A DNA stretch of 64,000 nt from Catajapyx aquilonaris (taxonomy: Eukaryota). Under the pieces are notes generated by a model. The model was not told the origin of the DNA. It saw nothing but the letters and a program-made list of their open reading frames with translations, and ran no database searches. The position numbers and the translations under genes are program-made. The first letter of the stretch is position 1. Each line of letters begins with the position of its first letter. Positions 1-12,872 of this stretch are shown piece by piece. The stretch spans positions 1 to 64,000 of the forward strand of contig JYFJ02001069.1 in assembly GCA_000934665.2 (NCBI GenBank), written 5' to 3'.

Positions 1-866
1 TAGTATGTTTACCTCCTAACTAGTCCAAACAAATCCCTGAGGTCAATTCTTGCCGTCCCGTCATTTCCGTCTACACCCCCTTCATTGCCTGGACTATAAT
101 GGTAATGCTGGCAGTGCGTTTACTCGTTGCTGCAAAACAAGTCTAAAATGTAGGGGGAACTGGAATGTCAGCCAGAAGACTTCAGGATATTATCCAGAAC
201 CTCCAGTACTATGCAACGGTTACTGTGAGGCTTCATATATGTCATCCACCTGCTATGGTGAACTTCAAGGAGATAGTAAAAAGCAACCATTCTTAAAATA
301 CAGTTAAAATATGATTGTGTAAAATAAGATAGTTTCTTTGGGATCTTTTTTACTTGGCAATGGGAGGAAGGAGACATTTCTGGAGCCATGGAGAGAAAAG
401 GTGGAGAATGATGAAGTAATGCTCATGTTCCAAGAGAAACACGAGAAAGTGACTTTTAAGGAGAGATATTAGTCAATGTGGAATCAGTTCAATAATCTAT
501 ATTTTGCAAACACACTATTCCACAAGATGTGTCAGAAAAGAGGATGTGTCTTTCCTTCCTCAACGTTTTCTTTGTACACCATGATCGTAAACTGTACAAT
601 TCTCACAAGGTCTGTGGCTACTTAATGTTCAGGTTTCTCAGCCTTTGTAGCGGAATACTTTCAAGTCAAGAAGCAATCACCCAGCCTGCTTGCCTTGAAA
701 CTGTGTAGTCACTTTCAGATCAGAAAAAAAGTACACTTTCTTCTCTCAACTCTTCACACTTCTTTCCTGACTCATTGCTCAAGTTCTGAAGTTCACATAT
801 GAGAAGGGAGAATGTGATGAAATCACTCTGAATGGGGGCCATGAGAAAAGGGAGCCACCAACTTCA

Positions 867-3800
867 CTAATGTTCTGCCTGTACCGGAGGCATCTGCTGT
901 GGTTCTGTTGCTTGGGAGGATGATGGCGGCGGCGATGACTGTAACGTGGATGAATGATGCTCATAGTTGACTAGGCGACGACCCACCAAATACCTGCAAA
1001 GTGGAATTCAAGTTTTTAGGATAATGACGGACAGAATAATTACCTATGAGGAGCGTCTGATAAGTAGTGAGTCTACCTGTGAAGGAATTGTCCCAGGCGA
1101 ATGGCACTTTAACACTACTCTATATAGCCCTCCTGGAGTATGATGTACTCCTCCCAAACAGTGGTCCAGCTCTGCGTCTCTTCTCTAAAAAAGGTTGTCT
1201 TGATCATCACACCATTCACAGACACCGTCCATGACAGCATCATCACTGTTGAAACCAAGGTTGAAACGCTCTTTTTTCAGGTGTCGTTTGAGTGTTGGGA
1301 ACAGGTGATTGTCAGATTGACAAATCGGTGGGTGGCACCATCTGACTAGTACCTGTTCATAACATTCAAACAACACCTGAAAGAACAGCATTTCAACAGT
1401 GATGATGCCATCATGGACAGTGTCCATGAATGGTGTGACGACAGAGACTTTTTTTTTCCCGAACGGATGCAAAGCTGGACCACTGTATAGGAGTTGTACA
1501 TCATATTCCAGGAGGGCTACATAGAGAAGTGTTAAAGTGCCATTCGCCTGGGACAACACCTTCACAGGTAGGCTCACTACTTATCAAACGCCCCTGGTAT
1601 GTTGCAAGTCAACTTATGGCACTGTTCAGTATGAAGTTAATAATATTCATTCCTCCAAGTGAACTTACTTGTCATTTTTAATGTGTTCATAGAGTTTCTT
1701 GAACTGGCGCACTTGAAATGCCACAATGGCCACCAAGAGCAACACCAAGAGCAGGAATGGGTAGATGCGACGTGCAACCAAGTTGTGTGTCACAGGGCTG
1801 CTCACTATCAAAAGAACAAGATTTGTTAAATTCTTCTGACAAAATCTAGACTGTTGTTGGCTATGATGGATATTCGTGTTCTCATACTATGTCCTCCACC
1901 TGCCGAAATCATTACTTGACCTTTTGACACACGTTTATCTTCTTGGTGGGCCACAAGCTTAGCAGGTTGGGACACCAGGACAGTATTATCGATTATACAC
2001 CGCTTCTATTTTAAACTCCCTGCTTTTAATTGGTGCTTTGTGTAGAAATGCATAAAAATGAGAAATAAGTGGTTGTAGGTTTTTTTAAAAAGATTGCAGA
2101 ATAAAAAGAACAAGACATGGTCATGGCTCCCCAATAATGGTTATTTACACGTAGCATGACAAGACGTAAATAGCATGGCAAGTAAAAAAATTAAAACCAC
2201 AGTTACAACTGCCCTATGACGAATCTGGTGTCTCAACATGGTGCTTGAGGAAGTGAAGTTTAGATTCACAGCAATCCAGTGTATACTCGAGATCAGTATT
2301 TTTTCCCCTACTGCTAGTTTCCTGTTTGGCCATCAACAGTAAACCATGAGAAAGTTAACGTCATGTTCCAAAGCTCATGAGAATCAGTCATCACAAAAGT
2401 ATGAGCCAGAGGGAGAAGCCAATTCTCGAACTCTATTCATATCTGTTGACTTCTCCCTCATACTAATAACTCTCAAATTCGCTCCAAAACTCTCCTTCTC
2501 GTTAGGAACACACCTTAATGGGAGAATCCCTGACTAGCCGTGCCTTAGCAGAACAAAAACCCACACTTAGATTATAGGGATCCAAGTTGCAAGTAAAATT
2601 TTCCACATAATAAATTTGTATTGCAAGCAGAGTCTTACTCACCAAGCATGGGTACAACTCCATGGGCCAGCACATAGGGCATGGCAAGAGCCAACCCAAG
2701 TACTAAGAGCAAGGGGGCTGCAAGCCGCATGAGCACAAAGTTGAGGTCCATGTTCCTGATTCCATCCTGGTAAGCCCTCTCAATGGCTTGTTTCAGCCAC
2801 CAGTTTGGCCCCATCATGGTGCAGGCACATGCTATCTTGGTGTACAGGACACCCAAGGCCCAGTCCTGCCACAGGAACAGCAGTGGGCTCTGATGGAGTG
2901 GAACCCGAAGAGGGACTACCACCACCAGCTCCAGAAGTAGTCCAAACAGAAGGGGGACCAGGCCCAGGAGGACCACGAAGGCCACCACTGCCTTTGCACT
3001 CTGCCAGGACAAAGCAACAGTGGGTTGGAAATGACGGGTCAGACGCCCGACTTGGCAACTTAGGTCCTACCCACAAGCCCAACTCAATACACACGATTCA
3101 TTTGTAGGTCCTGGATACGGGGACGGAGGGAGGGGCCAAAAACTCAAAAAATGTCCCGAAAGCAAAAAAATCAACGAAAAGGAAACCGACTACACTAGGC
3201 ACACTTTAGCTAACACTCTCAAAGTGCCAACCTGCAATTGCCTTTTAACAATGCTCTCGGAAAATATCAATACCAGTGAATCACTGCCATGTGTATACGT
3301 ACATATTTTAGGTGCACCTTTTACAAGTTGACACCCTAAAGGTACAAGCTTATGGCGAGCCCAGTTAACTAATCTCTCGGCCTATTCGACACAAGCGACA
3401 GGCTGAGAGTGCCGTCAATCTTTTTAATTTTATCATTTTTGCTGTGTCCCGTTTTGTTTCGCCTGTTACCAGATGAATGGAGTCATTGAGTTGAAGTGAG
3501 TAGCACAGTCGGGGATTTTTAAACATAAGGAAATAATAAGTAAAATGCTGGGTTGTTGCGCTTACCGCGGCCAATAGCTGGGGAGTGTGCCTGTAAAACT
3601 GGCCTAGCATGCCCACTTCCAACCTCGCTTGTGCCGGCAGTCCATTAACCTGAAGCGGGACAAGTCTTGGGGTGGGGTGATGAAGAGGAGGTGGAAATGC
3701 TTGAGGATGAGGTGCAGGTTCATTCGGTGGGATTGGTTCGGCAATCTCAGGGCCTTGGTCAGGGTGCAAGTATCGGCGGACAAGTCCTGATGGGGGCAGA

Positions 3801-6800
3801 AAAACGTTACTCACGAGCAGCACCCACTGCTGCAGTCGCAAGCATATGGTGGTCCAACCCTGGGGCAGCCAGTTGGCCATCAGCTGGACAGCACGGGCAC
3901 CCAGCCAGCACACATACAGCCCACAGGCTGCTGTGTACAGCTCGTGGATCTTTGTGTCAGACATCCAGAGTGACATTATTTGCCGGCCTACCCACACTAA
4001 AAGCATAAAATTGCATCAGGTGCTGTCCAATGTGAAAGTAGTGAGTGTACTAATTTGAACCACACAACAACAAAACTTGACTTACCTGGAACAGTGAGCA
4101 TAACAAGGCTTCCTAGAAGCAGGCTGAGACACATTAGGATGAGAAGACAGACTATCTGCAAGACAGAAAGAGTAGAAGTCACACGCTACTTCCTCAACAA
4201 CATATAAAAAAGGAGAAAATAAAAACAGAGTGACTTCTGAACATGCTTTCACAAGGTCATCCTTTATGAATGAAAATACCCATGCTAATGAGAGATAAAC
4301 CACCACAAATCCTGTCCACAACTTTACGACAGGAACCTCAAGTTGACTTGTGGGCTCACCCTCAGTCCAAACCAACTGGGTCGAACGTATGGCTGAAACC
4401 CAACAGGTGTGTCCCTCTGCAGCAAGGCCTGGTGGGCTGCTCCAAGTCCACCTGCTGCAAAACCTTGGGCTGGCTCAGCAGGTGCGGCCTGAGCAGCAGG
4501 CTGCTGTGGAGGAACCTCCTCCTCCTCCTCTTCCTCTTCCTCCTCGTCATCTTCCTCATCCTCCCAATACTCATCTTCATCCTCCTCCACTCCTATTTGA
4601 AATAAGCATAAGTGAATACGTATGCAAGTCATTTTCTGTGAAAGTGGGACTAGCAAATACTGGTCCAATAAATCATGCCTTCATATCACAATGCTGCTAC
4701 ACCAGATTACATTTTAGCTTGAGTTATTAATTGCTTAAAGCTATACCACATTCCGCTTCCAACTTTTCACTATTCTGACCTTCTGCAGGTGGATCCCTGT
4801 TGGCATTGGCTGCATCTGGTACTCCGGCTAAAGGAACATCACCAAGAAGATAGCTCCTGAGATCAAGTGCCCAGGCAGCCCCAACACACCACCCATGGAC
4901 CACAGCCCTCAGCCACACCCTGGTGTGCCCTTGCTCCAACAATGCTGGGAGAATGACTTGCAGGAGTAGCAGCTCCAGTGAGAGCTCACTAACCTGTGCT
5001 TCACTTGAGAGCACAATAGTGTAGGGCAGAAAGGAGGGCCAGAGATATCGTACTATTCCCACAGGAAGCCACAGCATGAGCAGGACTGTGGTGCCAAATA
5101 TCACCATGGATGCCAGAAAGCGTCGGACATGCTTCAAGACTGGAAGGTGTATCATCTCCTGGACTGGATTGAAATCTGGATCGTTCAAGTTGCGCAGGAA
5201 CCACAGGACCCCTGGGCGTAGAACTTCCCTCAGAAGCATCACAAATGATGCAAAATAAAACACATACACCATTCCTACCAGCCAATGGATGAACATGGAT
5301 GTGCCGGGTGCAGCCTGAAATTGAGGAAAGGTAATTGTTCATATCAGTTTATGACTGCTCTCAAAATTTTCACAAATTTGAACTGGCACCCTTCCAATAA
5401 TGTTTAAACTGCAAAGGACCATGTGGCATACATGTTGGTTAACCCTTTATGCCACAGTACTTCATAATGTCACTAGCTTCTGCCTTCTGAGTGCAATTGA
5501 ATCAACTACCAGAAACTTGAGGGTTATAACAGTCTGTATGTGAGAACGGACCAAAAAGTGCAACTGCAGACACATACCTGAAATCCCAGTCGTCGGTCTC
5601 GCAGACTGGCCTCAAAGAGTGCCAGAGAACAAATGTCCAGCCACCAGCCACACACCAATGGGAACACACCCACTTCAACCACGCTGAGGAGTGACACTTT
5701 TACCACTACATAACAGAGGCCAAGAAGTCGCCTAGAGCGTTGCAGACGGAGAAGAGCAGCCACGCTGCGGACGAGTACCAGACCAGCCCCAATAAGGCAG
5801 TAGCCTGCCAGGGTAGTCAGCAAGCCTTCAAAGTGTGAAGCAGCAACTGGTTCCTGGAGCTGGAGCCAGGAGACTGTTGCTAGGCCAATGTGGTGCGGAC
5901 AAAAAGCTGTGAAAAATGCACTTGTTAGTTTGGAACATCACATTATGCTCCTACTTTGCATTATAATAGTAGAACTCACCAAATACGAAGATAAAGAGTG
6001 CATTGAGGGACACCACCCAGAACACATGTTCCAGGAACACCAATGACCCATCCAGGCCCAACAGGCGCTCCCAAGTCAGCTCTTCAGCTGCCCGGTCCCA
6101 TTCTATAGGGTTCCAGTTCACATCATCTGCTGCCACTGGTGGCGCTGCAGCTGGTGGCATTGGTGGAGGTGCTGGGGCCGGTGGCACGGCCGGTGGTATG
6201 GCATCGGCCTCGGGAGGTGGTGCTGGGGGTATCTCTGCTTGGTTACCCCCTACTACAGCACCAGCAGCAGCTGCTGCCATTGCAACAACACCCTGAGGCC
6301 CACCACCCTCATTGTTGTTCTGTTGCTGCGGTGGTTGTTCTTCTGGGTCAAGCCAATCGGGGCCTCCTCCATGTAAGATTTGTTCCCGGAGCCACACCAA
6401 ACTGATGAATGCACACAGAGTGCACATGACAACAAAACACCCATGGAATATGTCGCTTAAGAGGTTGTCTGTTGACAGCATGTCCAAAGGAAGAGTCAGA
6501 AGAGCACCTAGACTCCCACTGAACAGTGCACGGTATATGCGACATGCAGTTAAAGGGACAACACCTAGCCAAGCAGCAGCAACTAGGGTGTAATGGAGCC
6601 AATATCGCACAGCAGTGGCCACACTTGCAGCAAGGCCTGAGGCCACATCTCGTAATGGGAGACGCTTTGGCATATCTGGTGAATAGATGGGTGTAAAGCA
6701 GAAACGGTGACTGCAGAGCTCGCAGTATTCTTTCCGGGAGTAGCGAAGCCATTGGACCAAACACTCTTGGTGGATGAACTTGATACTGCCTGTGCAGATG

Positions 6801-9152
6801 CATGGGTGGAACAGTGGCCGCTCAGATGTGCCCTCTGAGCGACACACCCGACAGATGTCTGGAAAGCAAATAATGTATCCAGATTAGTCACATTTACCAC
6901 TGGAAACACAGAGAAATCGTTTCATTAATAATCAAGACAAAAACAATGCAAGCGCCTTGCCATTAGTAATAAAATCTTACAACTACCAATTGCAACCAAT
7001 TGTTATGCTGACATCACATGCCCTTGCTTCATGAGACTTAAAAATAATGGAAACAGTCGAGAGGTTAATTTTTTTTACATAAGACATGAAAATTAGTGCT
7101 TTTGCTTTGCACTCATTGCATGAAAACAAGCCTTGGGCTGCTTTTGAACACAATCACCATTTCAATGAATGCATTTTTTGTACTTGTATTATGACGCATG
7201 ATTTTCTACGCCTTGTCTTGAGGGGACTAGCCCCTTAAGTAAACACCAGTAAAATGACATGGTCAAGAGCTTTAAAATTTTTTCCCTATAACATCATGGT
7301 AGCCTTTAGCTACTTCTGCACATAACATGCAGGCACTGGTTGCAGTGCAGCACCATCTTTTCTATGACCTCCTCAAACAACCTTGCCACCAAGCCATTTA
7401 TCCACTTCTGCCTGGATTCCTTCAACTGCCTCTTTTCCACTCATCAAATTTTTCTCCTGCCAATAACAATTTGTCAAGATAGCAGAATAAGTGGCATTGC
7501 TAACTGATAATGCACGAGTACTACGAGGGGTGTTCAAGTCATTCACGGACTTTATTTTTTAACAAATCATACACAAGTGATACATACGTCAAACTTATCC
7601 CACACCTTCCTTCAACTGTCTTGCATGTTCAGTCAAGGCCCAGTCTCCGTAAACAGTCATGTGAGAGAGAAAAAAAAAAGATGGCGTTGGGTGGTGTCAG
7701 CGCAGTAGTGGGACAGCGCGTTATCATTACGTTTCTGGTAGCGGAAGGTATCAAAACATCGGACATTGTCACCAGACTGATTAAGGGGACAGTATGGGGA
7801 GGTTACCCTGAGCAGATCGGTGGTGTACGAGTGGGTTGCACGATACAAAGGCGGCCGCAAAAGTGTGCTCGATGATCCGGGACATGGCGGGTCGGCGCCC
7901 AGTGCGACATCAAGCGTGTGGAGGGTTTTGTGCTCAGTGACCATCACGTTACTGTTCGTGAACTTTTGCAGATGACAGGAATCAGTTTTGGCAGTGTTGA
8001 GACTATTCTGCATGAACGCCTTCATGTCTCTAAGGTGCCTGCAAGGCATTATTCTGCTGCAGGGCAATGCCTGCCCCCACACAGCCCATATCACCATGGA
8101 CAAAATTCGCACACTAGGTTGTACCACTATTCCTCACTCGCCACACAGCCCCGACCTTGCCCCCAGCGATTTCCACCTTTTCGGGCCTTTAAAAGAGCAT
8201 TTGTCTGGACGGCGCTTCGAGACGAATGAGGCAGTGCAAAAAGCTGTCCTGGCGTGGCTGAGGAAGGGGGAACCCTCATTCTATGCTGCTGGGATACAAG
8301 CGCTTATACATCGGTGGGGAAAATGTTGTGCTGTTGCTGGGGACTATGTCGAGAAATGACCAAGGTTTGACATCTGTGTCACACATGTGATTTGTTAAAA
8401 ATTAAAGTCCGGGAATGACTTGAACACTCCTTTTACATGCGATACAAGTCGTTTGACAAGGGGATACCCCACAACCAATGCCTCCCGCTACATGGCTCCA
8501 GCTATACATATGAGTGCATTACCATAAAATAAACATAATTTGGTTAGGTGCATATCCAGAGCCATACATGTAACCACGGCTAAGAGGTTCGCAGTTATCC
8601 ACGATTACATCATTTCAAAGATGCTGACTCTTGTCTCACTCCACCTTCCCTGCAAACAGGTAGTTAAGCAACGCAGGATCATTGGTATGATGAAAGGACA
8701 AGCATTTAATGTGCCACCATTAGAACAGCACATGACGTAAACTGCAGCTAGTTGGTTTAGCTGACAGCCTGGGCCTGATGTATGTGCCACATGCACAATA
8801 TGCGGCCATTGTGGGCCTATTTATTGCCTTAGCAGAAAACCTGCAGTACTTTTTCCCACAGGGTGTTACAGTGCAGGGATGATGAGTGTAACCTTGGAGA
8901 AGGTGGTGGTGGTTACCAAACCACACAGCAGGGGTGTCCCTTCATGTGTGTATGTCGTGACGCACACCTTTTCAAATCCCCAGTGCGTTACATGCACACT
9001 TTTTAAAGGGCGACTCGTCCTGGCGCAGATGCGGTGTGTGGTGGGGAGGGTGGAGGGGAGGACGGTGCGCACCCTAGGAACACCCAGGGGCGGACCCCAT
9101 CCGCCACCTGATTCCGGGGGTGCTACGTACCTGCTTGCTGCGAGTCGTCCAT
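867..9152 (-). CDS. MARCHF6: E3 ubiquitin-protein ligase MARCHF6 (TEB4/Doa10 family), complete, 10 coding exons, ~956 aa
   Basis: Exons (minus): 9152-9131, 6858-5980, 5906-5578, 5314-4780, 4592-4360, 4155-4086, 3996-3815, 3000-2643, 1804-1669, 993-867. All junctions are GT-AG with matching phases; total 2871 nt. N-terminus [45 protein letters not shown]..CELC is a RING-CH. Also WDRAAEELTWERLLGLDGSLVFLEHVFWVVSLN, the TD-domain FPLVCGWWLDICS and FLRNLNDPDFNPVQEMIH, many TM helices, and C-terminal LYEHIKNDKYLVGRRLVNYE. Confidence 0.96.
1047..1597. mobile_element. Mariner-derived fold-back (palindromic) non-autonomous element in MARCHF6 intron 9
   Basis: Flanked by TA (1045-46 and 1598-99). Left end tgaggagcgtctgataagtagtgagtctacctgtgaagg is the near reverse complement of right end ccttcacaggtaggctcactacttatcaaacgcccctgg. 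Complementarity continues ~250 bp inward. Each arm encodes a decayed mariner transposase C-terminus: SDNHLFPTLKRHLKKERFN..SDDAVMDGVCEW on minus; APSD*YLFITFKQHLKEQHFNSDDAIMDSVHEW on plus. Confidence 0.88.
7524..8433 (+). mobile_element. Tc1/mariner (mariner-type) DNA transposon, internally deleted, in MARCHF6 intron 1
   Basis: TA target duplication at 7522-23 and 8434-35. TIR cgaggggtgttcaagtcattcacggactttattttttaacaaatca versus tgatttgttaaaaattaaagtccgggaatgacttgaacactccttt. A frameshifted transposase lies inside. Confidence 0.93.
7681..8359 (+). pseudogene. Mariner transposase pseudogene (frameshifts plus central deletion)
   Basis: N-terminal HTH regions QRVIITFLVAEG..LSRSVVYEWVARYKGGRKSV and DHHVTVRELLQMTGISFGSVETILHERLHVSKVPAR join directly, out of frame, to GIILLQGNACPH..HSPDLAPSDFHLFGPLKEHL..RWGKCCAVAGDYVEK. 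The WVPHEL motif and the first catalytic Asp region are absent. Confidence 0.88.
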
Positions 9153-9299
9153 CTTCCCTTTTTCTCTCCTTCTGACGTCCCCTTGTTCTCTTCCTGCTGC
9201 CCCGTTTGCTGTTCCTCCTTCTGTTTTGTGGTGGGGGCACTGGTGGGGATGGAGGGGTTGGGAGAAAAGGAAGGGGGGGTAGAAGAAGGGTAACCAACA

Positions 9300-9370
9300 G
9301 GTAATGACGTAATGAGTAGCCAGGAGTGCCAACAGGGAGGGAATGACGTCACTGGCCACTGCGCATGGTA
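9300..9370. promoter_or_regulatory. Putative MARCHF6 proximal promoter with CRE/ATF-like and NRF1/Ewg-like motifs
   Basis: TGACGTAA (9305-9312), perfect CRE TGACGTCA (9344-9351) and TGCGCATG (9360-9367) lie 150-215 bp upstream of the MARCHF6 ATG. Motif match only. Confidence 0.4.
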
Positions 9371-10684
9371 GCGCGGGGGAGTTCGAATGTTGGCAAATTG
9401 TTGCGATGGACCGTGCAATGGACACTTTCGAATGCTTGACTGACGTTTGGATCTAAAGTTTCGCGATGTGAAGTTGACCTTGAGTAGTTCATGCCGAGAG
9501 ATCTCATGGTGCAGATGGACTTGGATCGATTTGCATGCAAGGGATGGCCCAAATTCCGGGACTCACATGTCATTCTCGGGAGTGACTGATATTATTCTGA
9601 AATGTCCCCGAAGCACTGTACGGATCATTCCTTCGCGTGTACGTCTGAATGAAGGAGGACGAAAATGGCAGGCATATCCACCACTTGTGACCTGGATGAC
9701 CTCTCCCACCCTGCAGAATACCAGTACAATCCATAATCCCAGTAGCGTGATCTCACATACGAAACATTCTTTTGAACTATCGACCAGCGAAATATTACGA
9801 GTTAGAAGAATGCGAATAACCAGATCTGCATGCATCAATCGATTCATTTTTTATACTGTAGTGAAGAATAAATCCACCTCTGTCTTGAGTACAAGTGAAC
9901 TGAATGAATTAGGTGGCACTAATGTTATCGACATCTAACATGCAGGATAACTAATGGCCATAAAACGGTGGCATGACCGACAATGCAGATAGTTCAGATA
10001 TAATGCGGAGTTTATCAACAGGTGTATTTATTTGGGCGATGTCAGCCGCATGAAAATGACATAGAGCTGCAATGAGTACAATGGACCAGTTACGTATTAG
10101 GTTGAATATTAATGTGCTAGAAAGCCAGGGTTTTGAAATACCGCTCAAAGTTGTTGATCTTGACGACATTTGCATTAGTCATAGGCTGTGCGGTAGGTCT
10201 GTAATCTCGCTGGAATTGTGGGAAGGGGATTTTGATCTACTATCTATCTCGTGACCATAAAACAACCTTGAGAAGGGATATTGAGGGGGGAAATGGTCTG
10301 GTTATCATCAGCTGACAGTTATTCACTAGCATAAATCAGCGTACGAAGTTTGCAAATTGTGCTCTTCTGCTTATTGGGAGTGTGAGTGCTACTTATCGGT
10401 ACGGTAAGTGTTGTATTTATTGCTGGCTAATGGTTATAATAGCTTTGCATTGTTTGCAATAATTGTGCAACTTTATTCTCAAATCGTTCGACATGCAGAC
10501 CCACCTTATATTTTTGTATTTACATTGCAATCACCAGTTTTACGCAAAAATGACATTAGTCATGGCTACAAATGTTCCCGCATAACAATTATTGAGCAAT
10601 TTCGTTTAATATTTTGATTTAGGTGCTTTCGTGTTATATTTTGACAGAGTTAGTCATTTTCAGGTGTCCACTTGCTGAGTGAAA

Positions 10685-10924
10685 ATGGGTGCGGGCACAG
10701 GAGGATTTGGTGACGTGTTCCGGATGCTGTGGTGGCTTCTGATCCTGATAATAATATCCTTCTTCGTGTCCGGCTTCTGCTACTTCTGGTACGTGCTCTT
10801 CAGCGTGTTCTCGCCCTGTTGCAGCGGACTCAAAGGTGCAGAAGACCTCATGATGTCGGGGGTGCAGTTCCCTCACAAGTGCTCGGACAACCTGGTGCAC
10901 CGAAGGGGCTACGATTCTTTCTAA
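10685..10924 (+). CDS. Small uncharacterised membrane protein, 79 aa
   Basis: MGAGTGGFGDVFRMLWWLLILIIISFFVSGFCYFWYVLFSVFSPCCSGLKGAEDLMMSGVQFPHKCSDNLVHRRGYDSF. The ORF is a GC3-rich island in AT-rich flanks with a good start context (AAAATGG). A candidate 5'UTR intron runs 10404 (GTAAGT) to 10663 (ttttcag). AATAAA at 10952-10957. Confidence 0.8.
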   Translation: MGAGTGGFGDVFRMLWWLLILIIISFFVSGFCYFWYVLFSVFSPCCSGLKGAEDLMMSGVQFPHKCSDNLVHRRGYDSF

Positions 10925-12599
10925 TAATCCCCCCAATTGTGCTGCCACTTCAATAAAAATGTAATTAAAATGCATCCCATTTTTATAGGGACATTCAACA
11001 TGTGGAACGTATTGCGTTTCATATCTATACGTCGTGTGATATTTTGCGCTATTTTATCAGTGTACTTGTATGTGGAACAATACTGCAATTACAGTCAGAG
11101 TTGAAAAAACGTCATCACGAAGGACATTTCAGTTGGGATGAATGAAAGATTATGAATATTATAATGAGGGTCGCAGCTGTTCCATTCACTATATAGCGGC
11201 AGTATTTCACTCTACAGGTGGTCGTTTTCTACTCCGCAGCCTCGAGCCAATCAGTATGAGTAAGGGTGTGACGATGACGACAGCAGTGTTTTAGGATCCA
11301 AAGTCTCAGTTTAACATTACATGACTACTAAAAATGATATCAGGAAACATCCAGCTGCAGAAAGCAATCATATTATCATCAAAATAATATGAGGAAAAAT
11401 GTATGTGTGAGTTTTCAGCTAGGTGGAGTGTAGAAGGTAAGTCATCGTCTCGTTGCTGTAATGAGGGCAAAGGGAAGAGATATTAAGATTAGAAGAACTC
11501 GTCCGAAAGTCAATCCGTTTATACAAGTATACAGGGGTTTCAGTTTTGCAGGAAGAACAGGCCACAGGAACAGTAGACGTGCAATGGCACGTACGCTTAT
11601 TATACGTTATATACTTATGCATTATCGCTTTTTTTTTTGCTTCGGAAGTAGGAAAATACTGTTACACGATATTATAGACACAAAAGAGACGATGTCGACA
11701 CACGTGTTTTTCGTACATTCTGGAATGTGATTGATTTGACCTCTCCACACCAATGAACTGCCGTTATCTGAAATAGATATATTTTGGGCTAATTTCATAG
11801 CAGCTCATTCTAGCTATTGTCATAGACACAATTTACAAGCAATATCAAGAGTTTATAGGAGTTGTTATTGAGGTATTATTTTTCCAGCCAAATAACTGAT
11901 GCTACTTTTAGGCCTCATACTGTATATAATCGGTCTGGACTCCGCCAGCTGTCACAAGGAAAGGAACCTTATTCGATCATCACATTCGAACATTTGAATA
12001 TAGCTGAGGAATATTACTGAGCTTCTTGTAAAGTCACGATAGGAAATGGGGGCTTCACTTTCCAATTATTAGAAGATCAGCTACCAGAATATTGCTGCAT
12101 AGAAACAATTTTGAAACATTCTGTTGGGCGGAAACAGATGATGGATGGTGCAAAATAGCGAAACACAGTTATTACGGTAAAAATACTGGCCACTAATAAA
12201 TTCCGTAAAAGCTGATTTCGAAATTAGCTATGCGGCAATTTTAGGCATATTTAAGATAATTATTATGGCAGGTATTTGACATCCTGGAGCACTGTACAAC
12301 AGAAAATTTAAAGAAGCCTCTCTAGCAGTGCATGTCGTGATATGCAAATAATCCCAGTGAAGCCGAAATGTTGGGACACGACCAAAACACAACGCCAAGT
12401 GCGTTATTATTTCCTGGCAAGGAAAAAAAGCCGCACTTGTGTTATCAACCCGACTCATTAAGACGATGTCTAATTACACCGATGAGAGCAAAATGAAGAA
12501 GAAGGAAGGGAAACTAAAAGAGTTCAACTAATAAATGAGCTGTCGAAGAGTGCAGCAGTACAGCCCACCCTTCCTGTATAGTTGTTGTCCAGAGACGGA

Positions 12600-12872
12600 T
12601 GCATCCGTGGCTAGGCAGCGACCTCAGGACCTTCCCCCAAACAGCTGGTACTGCAAAGTGAAGAGATTTTCGACTTTAGTCACGGAGGTCACCTGCCAGG
12701 TGTCACCCTGCTGGACAAAGCCTGGAAACACGCCCAGGAGATGGCCATCCGGTGCGGTTCTCGCAAATACCACATCCTGCACGACGTCGCCATCTCCCGG
12801 CCGTTGCGTCCAATTTATGATCCTCAGCATCCCGCCCACGCAAACCTGCTATACTATTACTACTACTATATA
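12600..12872 (+). mobile_element. Possible decayed LINE 3' end
   Basis: A GC-richer patch has one frame reading LLDKAWKHAQEMAIR..YHILHDVAISRPLRPIYDPQHPAHANLL, loosely like non-LTR RT C-termini. It ends in a (TAC)n tail. Confidence 0.3.

Noticed and set aside
3365..3814. Pro-rich continuation of the 213-aa minus ORF
   Set aside because: Read-through past the consensus donor CTC|gtgagt at 3815 into a MARCHF6 intron.
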